Shown piece after piece: positions 28,234-36,746 of a stretch of DNA of 46,692 nt; positions within the stretch are counted from its first letter, which is position 1; each line of letters begins with the position of its first letter. The stretch lies in the sequence record DRR378314_695. The stretch is one strand, 5' to 3'. The notes below the pieces were generated by a model. It worked only from the letters and a program-made list of their open reading frames with translations, did no database searches and was not told where the DNA came from. The position numbers and the translations under genes were made by a program.

Positions 28234-28897
28234 GACACTCGACTTTGCTCAGCCATTCTTTCGCGTCCAGCACATCACTGACGAGCGCAGAATATCTGTC
28301 GAGGGTCGCGCCATTGTTCTGAACCTCGGGGGGAGGGGCCTCGCGGTCGAGGATCAGGCCATTGCACCGCTTTCCTCTGTGATCGTGCAAGACAGCACGC
28401 TTAGCGGCGTGGAACGTGCAGTCATTGTCCACGATTTCGACGCCCATGCCGATGACAACGAGCTGTTCGCATGGGTGAAAGATACGTGGCCATCTGCTTT
28501 TGATGTCCGCCAAGAGGAGCGTCTGCGCGGTGTCAGCCATTACATGTCGCCAAAGGTCTTCGTGGGTAACGTTGGACTGACCATGTACCATTCCGGCTCG
28601 GTTCCACTGAACGTCGGATTGCACAAGGATCATCCGTTCTGCCCGGTACCGGGGTTTCGCGAAGTGCATACGCAAATCGTAGGCTTTGGCAAAATGCAGC
28701 AATTCCGCGAACGGGACTTTAAAACCCTTTATCTCGAAGAATTCATGGCTCCGGGCGCGACACATAAGCCGATGTATGACGCTGAAGGCAACTATCCCTG
28801 GCATCAATACGAGACGATTACCCCCAGCATCTTTATGGCGGTGGAAATACTGCCCGAGGACGCGCGGGTTCCGGACATGGAGGTTCAGAATGGCTGA
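28223..28897 (+). CDS. Hypothetical protein with a C-terminal aldos-2-ulose dehydratase/isomerase (AUDH)-like cupin
   Basis: AGGAG RBS, overlaps both neighbours; LHKDH, FREVHTQIVGFGKMQQF, MAPGATH, YPWHQY, MAVE resemble the AUDH cupin pattern. Confidence 0.65.
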   Translation: MPIETLDFAQPFFRVQHITDERRISVEGRAIVLNLGGRGLAVEDQAIAPLSSVIVQDSTLSGVERAVIVHDFDAHADDNELFAWVKDTWPSAFDVRQEERLRGVSHYMSPKVFVGNVGLTMYHSGSVPLNVGLHKDHPFCPVPGFREVHTQIVGFGKMQQFRERDFKTLYLEEFMAPGATHKPMYDAEGNYPWHQYETITPSIFMAVEILPEDARVPDMEVQNG

Positions 28898-30080
28898 GAG
28901 ACTTTTACCCGAAAATCTGCACTTTGATGGACCTTTCCCCCGCCTGTCCCGCCGTTTGCGGCTGGGCGTTGTGGGCGGTGGACGTATTTCAGTCACGCAG
29001 GCAACGGCGGCCCGGATGACCGACCGGTGGGAGGTCGCCGCAGGCGCGCTCAGTTCAGATGCCGCGCGCAGCATGGCGCGCGGGGTCGAGTGGTTCCTGC
29101 CATCAGACAGGTGTTATGCGTCCTTCGACGAAATGGCGGGGGCCGAGGCGGCGCGCCCGGATGGCGTGGATGCTGTGATGATCACCACCCCGAACCACGT
29201 TCATTTCGACGCGGCCAAAGCGTTTCTGGAAGCAGGCATCGATGTGCTGTGTGACAAACCCCTGACCAATGAAGTCGCCAAAGCCGAGGGACTTGAGGAA
29301 ATCACCGCGCGTACGGGACAGGTCTTTGCCGTCGGCTATGCGATGTCGTGTTTTCCAGTGATCCGGCAGGCCAAACATATTGTCGCCGAAGGAGGCATCG
29401 GCAAGATCAACCAAATTCATGTTGAATTCATGCAAGATTGGATGACGCCCGAAGATGTGGCTGATGCGCCCCATGTCAAATGGAGGTTGGACCCCAGGAT
29501 CTCAGGCCCAACCAGTTGTGTCGGTGATATCGGCACCCATGCCGCGCATCTCGCCAGCTTTGTCTCGGGTCTGCCGATGACCGACCTGAGGGCCGAGTTC
29601 CATGTCTGCGGCGCGCCAAAGCCTTTGGAAGACACGGTTTTCATGTTCACCCGCTATCAAAACGAGGTTCCCGGGACCTTGGTGGCGACGCGCCTTGCCC
29701 CCGGAAACCGGGGTGGGTTGCGGTTGCGGATCTTCGGCAGCGAAGGAGGTCTCGAGTGGGACTTGGAGAACTCGGAACAGCTGAAGTTCAATCGGTTTGG
29801 TGAGCCGGATCGTATCATCAGCCGAGGTCACGGGCATGGCATCGGCCCCGGCGCAGAACGTCTGATCCGTACCGCGCGAGGCTTCCCCGAAGGAATTATC
29901 GAAGCCTGGGCCAACCTGTATACTGAATTTGCCATGGCGGTTGCCGCGCGCCGGGATGGCGTCACCGTTCCGGCCGATTGGCTTACTTATCCCGGTGTGG
30001 GTCAAGGTGCAGACGGTGTCCGATTCATTGACGCTTCTGTGCGCTCTCACCAGTCCGGAGGCGATTGGGTCACTAACTAA
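28890..30080 (+). CDS. Gfo/Idh/MocA family oxidoreductase
   Basis: LRLGVVGGG, ITTPNHVH, CDKP, WRLDP, GDIGTHA, EAWANLY; GGAGG RBS. Confidence 0.9.
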   Translation: MAERLLPENLHFDGPFPRLSRRLRLGVVGGGRISVTQATAARMTDRWEVAAGALSSDAARSMARGVEWFLPSDRCYASFDEMAGAEAARPDGVDAVMITTPNHVHFDAAKAFLEAGIDVLCDKPLTNEVAKAEGLEEITARTGQVFAVGYAMSCFPVIRQAKHIVAEGGIGKINQIHVEFMQDWMTPEDVADAPHVKWRLDPRISGPTSCVGDIGTHAAHLASFVSGLPMTDLRAEFHVCGAPKPLEDTVFMFTRYQNEVPGTLVATRLAPGNRGGLRLRIFGSEGGLEWDLENSEQLKFNRFGEPDRIISRGHGHGIGPGAERLIRTARGFPEGIIEAWANLYTEFAMAVAARRDGVTVPADWLTYPGVGQGADGVRFIDASVRSHQSGGDWVTN

Positions 30081-30100
30081 GGCTCTGCCAACACGATTGT

Positions 30101-30130
30101 AAAACGCCCGGGCCGTTGCCCGGGCGTTTT
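30101..30130 (+). terminator. Rho-independent terminator (potentially bidirectional)
   Basis: AAAACGCCCGGGC-CGTT-GCCCGGGCGTTTT, followed by CATTTT. Confidence 0.85.
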
Positions 30131-30154
30131 CATTTTCTGCTCAGTATTAAAAGT

Positions 30155-30183
30155 TGATATTTTTAAAAATATCAGATATTTTT
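30155..30183. promoter_or_regulatory. Compound candidate GntR operator (three half-sites)
   Basis: Perfect palindrome TGATATTTTTAAAAATATCA (30155-30174) overlaps AAAAATATC-A-GATATTTTT (30165-30183). Confidence 0.7.
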
Positions 30184-30231
30184 TACTACGTGTGATAAAA
30201 TGAGATTCGCAGACACGTGGAGCTGTCGTTC

Positions 30232-31146
30232 ATGGTGAAACCCGAAGAGGTTGGCACAAGCCCCTCTCTCTATTCCTTGGCGCATCTGACGCTGATCGGC
30301 TGTACGCCGCCCGAGTTGGTCTATATCGCCGCACGGGCCGGATACGATGCCGTCAGCCCTCGGTTCATCCCAATGCATGTGCAGGGTGAATTCACTCAAT
30401 CCCCAATCGACAAGGCACAGGTGCAGGCCACCAAAACTGCTCTCTCTACCACCGGCTTGAAAGTTCTCGATGTCGAGCTTGCGCGCATCACCGAGGATGT
30501 CGATCCGCGCAGTTTTGAGCCTTCGCTGGAGATCGGTGGGGAACTGGGCGCCAAACGCATGATCATGAGCGCGTGGACCAACACCCGCGATGATCGTGAC
30601 TTTCTGATCGACGTCTATTCTGAGACTTGCGAACTGGCAGCGCCCTATGGGCTGACGGTGGACCTGGAGTTCCCGAGCTTCTCTCGCTTGCGCACTCTGG
30701 ATGAGGCGCTGGATATTGTCCGCGCCTCCGATCAGCAAAATGGTGGTATTCTGGTCGACACGCTCTATCTGCACCTCAGCCGAGTGGATCTCGGGGAGCT
30801 TTTGCACGTCCCTTCGGACCTGTTTCACTTCCTGCACATCTCTGATTGCCTGCCCGGCATCGCTGATACGCGCGAGGGCATGATCCAACTTGCCCGCGAT
30901 GCGCGGCTCTATCCTGGCGAAGGCTGGATCGATTTCACCGGCATCATCGAACGCATGCCACCCGTCGATTATTCTATTGAACTGCCCAACCAAAGCCGCG
31001 TTGCCGAGTTGGGGTATGAAGAACACGCGCGTCGCTGTCTCAGCCACGCCAAGCGAACATTCGGCGAGGCGCGGTCACAGCGCCGTATGCCCGATGCAGC
31101 AATTCCAAAACACCAAGAGGATTATCATGGGCAAAGAGCTCACTGA
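30232..31146 (+). CDS. Sugar phosphate isomerase/epimerase family (xylose-isomerase-like TIM barrel)
   Basis: SLAHLT, AGYDAV, DVEL, DLEF, LVDTL, HISDC, RLYPGEG, SIELP. Confidence 0.85.
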   Translation: MVKPEEVGTSPSLYSLAHLTLIGCTPPELVYIAARAGYDAVSPRFIPMHVQGEFTQSPIDKAQVQATKTALSTTGLKVLDVELARITEDVDPRSFEPSLEIGGELGAKRMIMSAWTNTRDDRDFLIDVYSETCELAAPYGLTVDLEFPSFSRLRTLDEALDIVRASDQQNGGILVDTLYLHLSRVDLGELLHVPSDLFHFLHISDCLPGIADTREGMIQLARDARLYPGEGWIDFTGIIERMPPVDYSIELPNQSRVAELGYEEHARRCLSHAKRTFGEARSQRRMPDAAIPKHQEDYHGQRAH

Positions 31147-32536
31147 AAACGACCGCCAACTGGCGGCCGATATGCTGTCACGCGCCCGCGCTGCAATGGC
31201 CGAAATCGAGGATTGGGATCAGGACCGCCTGGACCGCCTGTCTCAGGCCATTGCGTGGTACGCTGGGAACGAGACAACCTTCACACGTCTGGCCCAGCAA
31301 GGCGTGGACGAAAGCGGTATCGGAGATCGTGCGGGACGTCCAGCAAAGCGGTTCAAGATTCACATGGTGCTGCGCGATGTCCTGCGCACGCCATCGACCG
31401 GCATTGTTGAGGTTGATGAGGAAAAGGGGCTCGTGAAGTACGCTAAACCTGCCGGTGTGATCGCGTCTCTGATCCCCATGACTAACCCAGCGATGACACC
31501 ACCGGTGACCGGCGTTTCCGCAGCCAACGCCCGGAATGCGGTCATCTTCAGTCCGCACCCGCGAACCGCCCAAACTACTTTTGAAATGGTTGAGGTCATG
31601 CGTGCAGCCTGTCGTGCGGCCGGTGCCCCCGAGGACTTGTTTCAATCCATTCGCAAACCGTCGATCCCATTGACGCAACATCTGATGGAGATCTGCGACC
31701 TGACGCTGGCGACTGGCGGCAAGCCGATGGTCAAAGCTGCCTATAGCTCGGGCCGTCCGGCGTATGGCGTCGGTGCTGGCAATTCGTCCATCATCATCGA
31801 TGAAACCGCCGATCTGGACATTGCGGCGCAGAATACGCGTATTTCTAAAACGTCAGACTTTGGTTCAGGTTGTTCCGCAGACGGTAACATCATTATCCAG
31901 CGTTCGGTCTACGACGATATGGTCAAGGCGCTTGAGGCCGAAGGCGGGTACCTATGTTCGGGCGAAGAGAAGGTCATGCTCGAAACCGCCATGTGGGACG
32001 AAAAGGGCAACCGTACGTTCCCAACCATCGCCTGCCCGCCGCAGCAAACGGCTAAGGTCGCGGGTTTCTCGATCCCCGAAGATCGCAAATTCCTGATGGT
32101 TGAAAATCAGGGGCAAATCGGGCCGCAGCACAAGTTTTCGAAGGAAAAACTGACCACGCTGATGGCGCTTTATCACTTCGACACTTTCGATGAAGCGCTG
32201 GAAACGGTCACCCAGATCTACAACACCGGAGGTAAGGGTCATTCCTGCGGGATTTATAGCCATAACGACGATCACATCGATCGGCTCGCGCGCTTGGCCC
32301 CGGTCAGCCGCATGATGGTGCGACAGCCACAATCGAAGGCCAACGCTGGTTCTTGGACCAATGGCATGCCTATGACTAGCAGCCTGGGATGCGGTATCTG
32401 GGGCGGAAACATCACCAATGAAAACGTCACCATAAAACATATGATGAACTACACCTGGGTGAGCCGTCCAATCCCCGAGGATCGCCCTTCGGAGCCTGAC
32501 CTGTTCGGTGAGTTCTACGGACAGGAGGTCGCGTGA
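31127..32536 (+). CDS. CoA-acylating aldehyde dehydrogenase (SauS/EutE/AdhE-N-like)
   Basis: IPMTNP, FSPHP, ATGG, AYSSGRPAYGVGAGN, SKTSDFGSGCSA (catalytic Cys), EKL, GKGHS, LGCGIWGGN. Confidence 0.88.
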   Translation: MGKELTENDRQLAADMLSRARAAMAEIEDWDQDRLDRLSQAIAWYAGNETTFTRLAQQGVDESGIGDRAGRPAKRFKIHMVLRDVLRTPSTGIVEVDEEKGLVKYAKPAGVIASLIPMTNPAMTPPVTGVSAANARNAVIFSPHPRTAQTTFEMVEVMRAACRAAGAPEDLFQSIRKPSIPLTQHLMEICDLTLATGGKPMVKAAYSSGRPAYGVGAGNSSIIIDETADLDIAAQNTRISKTSDFGSGCSADGNIIIQRSVYDDMVKALEAEGGYLCSGEEKVMLETAMWDEKGNRTFPTIACPPQQTAKVAGFSIPEDRKFLMVENQGQIGPQHKFSKEKLTTLMALYHFDTFDEALETVTQIYNTGGKGHSCGIYSHNDDHIDRLARLAPVSRMMVRQPQSKANAGSWTNGMPMTSSLGCGIWGGNITNENVTIKHMMNYTWVSRPIPEDRPSEPDLFGEFYGQEVA

Positions 32537-34317
32537 TGGACGGAGTGAAACTGGAAGGCAAAACCGTTGCCGAACACATCGTAGATTTCCTCGAACGTCG
32601 TGAGGTCAAGCACGTATTTGGCCTGTGCGGACACACGAACATCGCGGTTTTGGCCGCGTTGGCCGAAAGCCCGATTGATTTCGTCACTGTAAGACATGAA
32701 CAGATCGCCAGCCATGCGGCGGACGCCTATGCCCGCGTGACGGGCAAGGCCTCGGTGGTATTGTCACACCTCTCCCCAGGTTTGACAAACTGCGCCACCG
32801 GGGTCGCCAACGCGGCGCTGGACTGTATCCCCATGGTCGTGATCGCGGGTGACATTCCCACACATTACTATGGCAAACATCCGCATCAGGAGGTGAACCT
32901 GCACGCAGACGCCGCCCAGTGGGAGATCTATCGCCCCTTTGTCAAACGCGCTTGGCGGGTGGATCGCGCGGACCTCATGGCTGAGATCTTGGAGAAGGCG
33001 TTCCATCTGGCCGAAAGTGGCCAGCCCGGGCCGGTACTGGTCAATGTCCCCATGGACGTTTTTTCCGATGTGATCCCGTCGGACAGCTTCGACCGTATCC
33101 GCGACAACACCCGCGCGCTCAAGAAACCGTCGATTGACGATGAAACAGCGTGTGAAATCATTGAGGCACTGGCACAGGCTGAAAACCCGGTCGCTTATGT
33201 CGGTGGCGGTATCCTGCTGGCACAAGCCAGCGAGGAGTTGCGCGAATTCGTTGAGCATATGGGCCTGCCCGTCGCGCATTCCTTGATGGGTAAAGGCGCC
33301 CTACGGGACGACCATCCGCTTGTATTGGGAATGACTGGCTTTTGGGGCACCGAACTGGTTAACCAATCCTGCCTGAATGCGGACTACATCTTTGCCGTGG
33401 GCACGCGGTTCAAAGAGGCCGATTGCTCTAGCTGGTATCCCGGCTACACGTTCAACATTCCGGGGTCCAAGGTCATTCATATTGACATCGAACCGCAAGA
33501 GATCGGCCGGAACTATCCCACCGAGATCGGTGTCGTTGCGGACGCCAAGGCCGCGCTGCGTGTTCTGACCCGCGTTGCCAGAGAGATGTATCCGGACGGG
33601 TTTAACCGCCCCGCGCTGGAACAGAAGATCGCCGATTTCCGGACGGATTTCAAAGCCCGCAATGTGGAAATGGCGACCTCATCCGCGTTTCCGATGATGC
33701 CCGAGCGTATTCTGGCAGATACCCGAAAGGCGCTGCCCGAGGATGCCATCATCACGACGGATGTTGGATGGAACAAAAACGGGGTAGGGCAACAGTTCGA
33801 TATCCTGACGCCCGGCTCGATCCTGACCCCGGGCGGGTTTGCTACGATGGGTTTTGGCCCTCCGGGTGCCATCGGCGCGAAACTGGCAGCACCTGATCGT
33901 GTGGTTCTTAGTCTGGTTGGTGATGGAGGTTTTGGTCAGAATCCGTCGATGCTGGCAACAGCAGTCGAACTTGATCTGGGCATCATCTGGCTGGTGATGA
34001 ACAACAATGCGTTTGGCACTATCGCAGGCCTTCAAAAGGCGCACTACGGTCTAACCTATGGAACCACGTTCCCTGGATCAGCCGAGGCGCCCGCCAACGG
34101 ACCGGGCTACGCAGATATTGCGCGTGCATACGGTGCTGAAGGGCACAGGCTGAGCTCTGCTGATGAACTATTGCCTGCATTGGAAGCGGCAATCGCCAGC
34201 GGCAAACCAACTGTTCTCGATGTCCCAATGATCAACAACCCAACTCCAACGACCGGGCACTGGAACATTCTGGACATCTACTCCCCCGACAAAGAGGTTT
34301 CCCACGTCGCGACTTAA
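32536..34317 (+). CDS. ThDP-dependent enzyme (acetolactate synthase-like fold), substrate unknown
   Basis: VFGLCGHTN, VRHEQ, SPGLTN, PGPV, TDVG, ATMGFG, GDGGF...NNN ThDP motif; TGATG overlap; alternative GTG at 32533. Confidence 0.9.
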   Translation: MDGVKLEGKTVAEHIVDFLERREVKHVFGLCGHTNIAVLAALAESPIDFVTVRHEQIASHAADAYARVTGKASVVLSHLSPGLTNCATGVANAALDCIPMVVIAGDIPTHYYGKHPHQEVNLHADAAQWEIYRPFVKRAWRVDRADLMAEILEKAFHLAESGQPGPVLVNVPMDVFSDVIPSDSFDRIRDNTRALKKPSIDDETACEIIEALAQAENPVAYVGGGILLAQASEELREFVEHMGLPVAHSLMGKGALRDDHPLVLGMTGFWGTELVNQSCLNADYIFAVGTRFKEADCSSWYPGYTFNIPGSKVIHIDIEPQEIGRNYPTEIGVVADAKAALRVLTRVAREMYPDGFNRPALEQKIADFRTDFKARNVEMATSSAFPMMPERILADTRKALPEDAIITTDVGWNKNGVGQQFDILTPGSILTPGGFATMGFGPPGAIGAKLAAPDRVVLSLVGDGGFGQNPSMLATAVELDLGIIWLVMNNNAFGTIAGLQKAHYGLTYGTTFPGSAEAPANGPGYADIARAYGAEGHRLSSADELLPALEAAIASGKPTVLDVPMINNPTPTTGHWNILDIYSPDKEVSHVAT

Positions 34318-34908
34318 ATCACTTAGCGCCGGAACCCGCGCCAGTAGTCCGCCGCTAAAAGATCTGTTACCGATCGGCAGAACTGTTGCATTGCAGCGGG
34401 CTAAAGATACTCGTTCCCGAGTTCTACGCACACTCAGCAGGAGCCAATAAGAGTATATATTACAGCAGCCTTAAACGCATTAGGATGGGCAGCTAAAAGT
34501 TGGCCGTTGTATTCGGAGTTTCGGGCGGGATGCCGATCTACGCTGCATCTCATTATTCCCGCCGCACCTGCGGTGATCTCTTGGGGAGACGGGGAATCCG
34601 GACTTGCTCTGCTGGTGCGAAATGACGACCTCACGCTGCCCAAAGCGGAACATCAGACTCTGCCAACTGGAGCCTTAACGCTGCGCCGCCGCAAGACCGC
34701 TCAATGCCCGTAGGGTCGAATGTTACGCAATCTAAGAAAGGCCGCGACGTCAGTAAACGGGTTTTGCAAAAGCTATACCCGTAACCCTTTTCGTTGTTAG
34801 CGTATCATTCGAGACGCCGCAGTGCGGCAACTCGCTTCGAAGGTTTGAAAAAGTACATCTACTAACCATACCGGTATCAGCGTCTACCAATGCCGGCCGA
34901 CTTTGTGG

Positions 34909-35358
34909 CTAGCAAAGAGCGCAATTCAAGTGAACGAGGAGAAAACAGCGAAGTTGCGATCGAACGTTAAAACAGAGGAGGTCATGTTTCTGCTGTGACA
35001 GCGTTGCACGTACGGCTTCTGGGTCCGCGGGCTGACCTTCGGGGACAGGCATCAACACGGCGGTTGCCCCACAGCCTTCAACAGATTTTTTCAGGATATT
35101 GCTGAAATAACCTGCATCCAGGATCAATGCCGTCTGGCCCTCGTCCAGCATCGCCTGGATCGCCATTTCATTGGCCAATGTGCCAGAGCCCGGGAAGATC
35201 TCGATATACCCGCTGGTTCCAAAAACAGGTTTCAGGTTTTCAGTCGCGCGCACGTAGGCTTGTGCAAACTCAGGACCGACATGCAAGCCCTGGGGGCTAT
35301 GCTGTGCCGCCAACACATTTGCAGCCACTTCCACGGAGCCAGGCGTAAGATTGCGAAT
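34909..35358 (-). pseudogene. Truncated class V (serine/alanine-glyoxylate-like) PLP aminotransferase
   Basis: RNLTPGSVEV, FPGSGTLANE, GYFS; similarity ends at HDLLCF near 34965, before the H-x-ETS motif, D-x-x-S and PLP lysine; the expected start position reads ATT. Confidence 0.75.
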
Positions 35359-35366
35359 GTGCGCCT

Positions 35367-36101
35367 TCAGTAGGTTGCTCTTCCACCTGAGAGATCAAAG
35401 ACCGCGCCAGTGTTGAATGTGCAGTCTTCAGAACTTAGCCACATCACCATGCGCGCGGCCTCTTCAACCCACCCGAGGCGTTTCATCGGGGATTTGTCGA
35501 TCATGATTTGCACGAAATCTGGCGTCATCTGATCCAGGATCGCGGTCTTGATGGCAGCAGGAGCGATGCAATTGACGCGAATATCAGTCTGCGCCAGTTC
35601 CTTTGCAAGCGACTTGGTGAAACCAATGACACCTGCCTTGGACGCAGAATAGGCCGAGGCATTGGGTGTGCCTTCTTTGCCTGCAAGCGAGGCCATGTTG
35701 ACGATCCGACCAAAGCCAGCCTCTTGCATCACGGGAACAATGGCATGAGCCAAGTAATAAGTTCCGGTCAGATTGACCTCGACGACGCGTGCCCAGATTG
35801 CGGGGTCGCTTTCTACGACACTCATGGTCGGACCTGCAAAACCCGCATTGTGCGACAGAAAACCGATGCCACCGAATGCTTTTCTGGTCTCTGCGACGGC
35901 TACGGCGATCTGGTCTGGTTGGCTGATATCCACTTTGCAAGCGATTGCACCCTCAGGGGCGTCAGTGGGTTCGGATAGATCCCAGATTGCCACGTTGGCA
36001 CCGGCGGCTACGTAATGGCGTGCGATTTCGGCTCCGATCCCGGCTGCCCCGCCTGTGATAACGGCGGTACGGCCTGCAAAGTAGTAGGTCACATTGCTCA
36101 T
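35367..36101 (-). CDS. SDR family oxidoreductase (FabG-like)
   Basis: TGGAAGIG, HNAG, ASLAGKEG, YSASK, FDLSGGRATY. Confidence 0.9.
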   Translation of the reverse strand: MSNVTYYFAGRTAVITGGAAGIGAEIARHYVAAGANVAIWDLSEPTDAPEGAIACKVDISQPDQIAVAVAETRKAFGGIGFLSHNAGFAGPTMSVVESDPAIWARVVEVNLTGTYYLAHAIVPVMQEAGFGRIVNMASLAGKEGTPNASAYSASKAGVIGFTKSLAKELAQTDIRVNCIAPAAIKTAILDQMTPDFVQIMIDKSPMKRLGWVEEAARMVMWLSSEDCTFNTGAVFDLSGGRATY

Positions 36102-36107
36102 GATGTT

Positions 36108-36638
36108 TTACCGGATAAATTGCTTCACGTAGTCAGCGCCAAGGCCAACCTTTTCGAAATGCGCACGGCACATATCGATCTTGGTGAACACATCCTCATA
36201 GCCCAGGTGATTTCCGTCGGGATCGCAGTAGTACATCACCCCGTTAACCTGAAAATAGGTGATCATTTCCTCGACATCATCGGGCACAACAAGGGTGTGG
36301 GTCTCTCCGGGCGGTTCGAATACATAGCTGCCTTCTTCGGCGATCCAATCATGCTCAAGATAATGCCAGCGACCCTTCATAACAAAGCCATGCACCGGGC
36401 AGGCATGCCGGTGACGTGACAAAACACCGGATTTGGTGACTTTCAGCAGATTCATCCAGTAGCCTTGCGAGACATTCAGGCAGAGCGGGCGGAAAAACAC
36501 GTGCTCAGCCTGTTGTACCCACATGCGCGGATCATCTTCGGCCAGAGCGTCTGGGATCACAATCTCGGGCAAGGCATCCTGCGGCATCGGATGCTTGTAT
36601 GGCACGCGCGGATTTTCGTCAGTTTCGGTCAGTGGCAT
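36108..36638 (-). CDS. 2,4'-dihydroxyacetophenone dioxygenase (DAD) family cupin
   Basis: DALPE, RPL, RHRH, GRWHYLEHDW, EPPGETHTL, MCRAHFEKVGLGAD match the DAD layout; AGGAG RBS. Confidence 0.85.
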   Translation of the reverse strand: MPLTETDENPRVPYKHPMPQDALPEIVIPDALAEDDPRMWVQQAEHVFFRPLCLNVSQGYWMNLLKVTKSGVLSRHRHACPVHGFVMKGRWHYLEHDWIAEEGSYVFEPPGETHTLVVPDDVEEMITYFQVNGVMYYCDPDGNHLGYEDVFTKIDMCRAHFEKVGLGADYVKQFIR

Positions 36639-36671
36639 TTCGGCTCCTACCCATCGCGATCAGCTTATCAA

Positions 36672-36706
36672 TTCCACAATATGGACAAATTGTTCAACAT
36701 ATGGAA
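36672..36706. promoter_or_regulatory. Candidate IclR operators in the divergent promoter
   Basis: Imperfect palindromes TTCCACAATATGGAC (36672-36686) and TTCAACATATGGAA (36693-36706). Confidence 0.55.
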
Positions 36707-36746
36707 TATACACCGTCGAGACGCCCCGTCAATCAGAGAGGTAGGA

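Noticed and set aside
28199-31047. Two 291-aa minus-strand ORFs (28199-29074 and 30172-31047)
   Set aside because: Antisense to well-supported operon genes; expected from codon bias
32536-34317. Calling this ilvB, xsc or iolD
   Set aside because: No ilvN, no taurine/pta genes and no iolB/iolC nearby; motifs support only the ThDP family
34434-34713. Short ORFs in the 34.3-34.9 kb spacer
   Set aside because: No motifs or RBS; the region looks like decayed junction DNA
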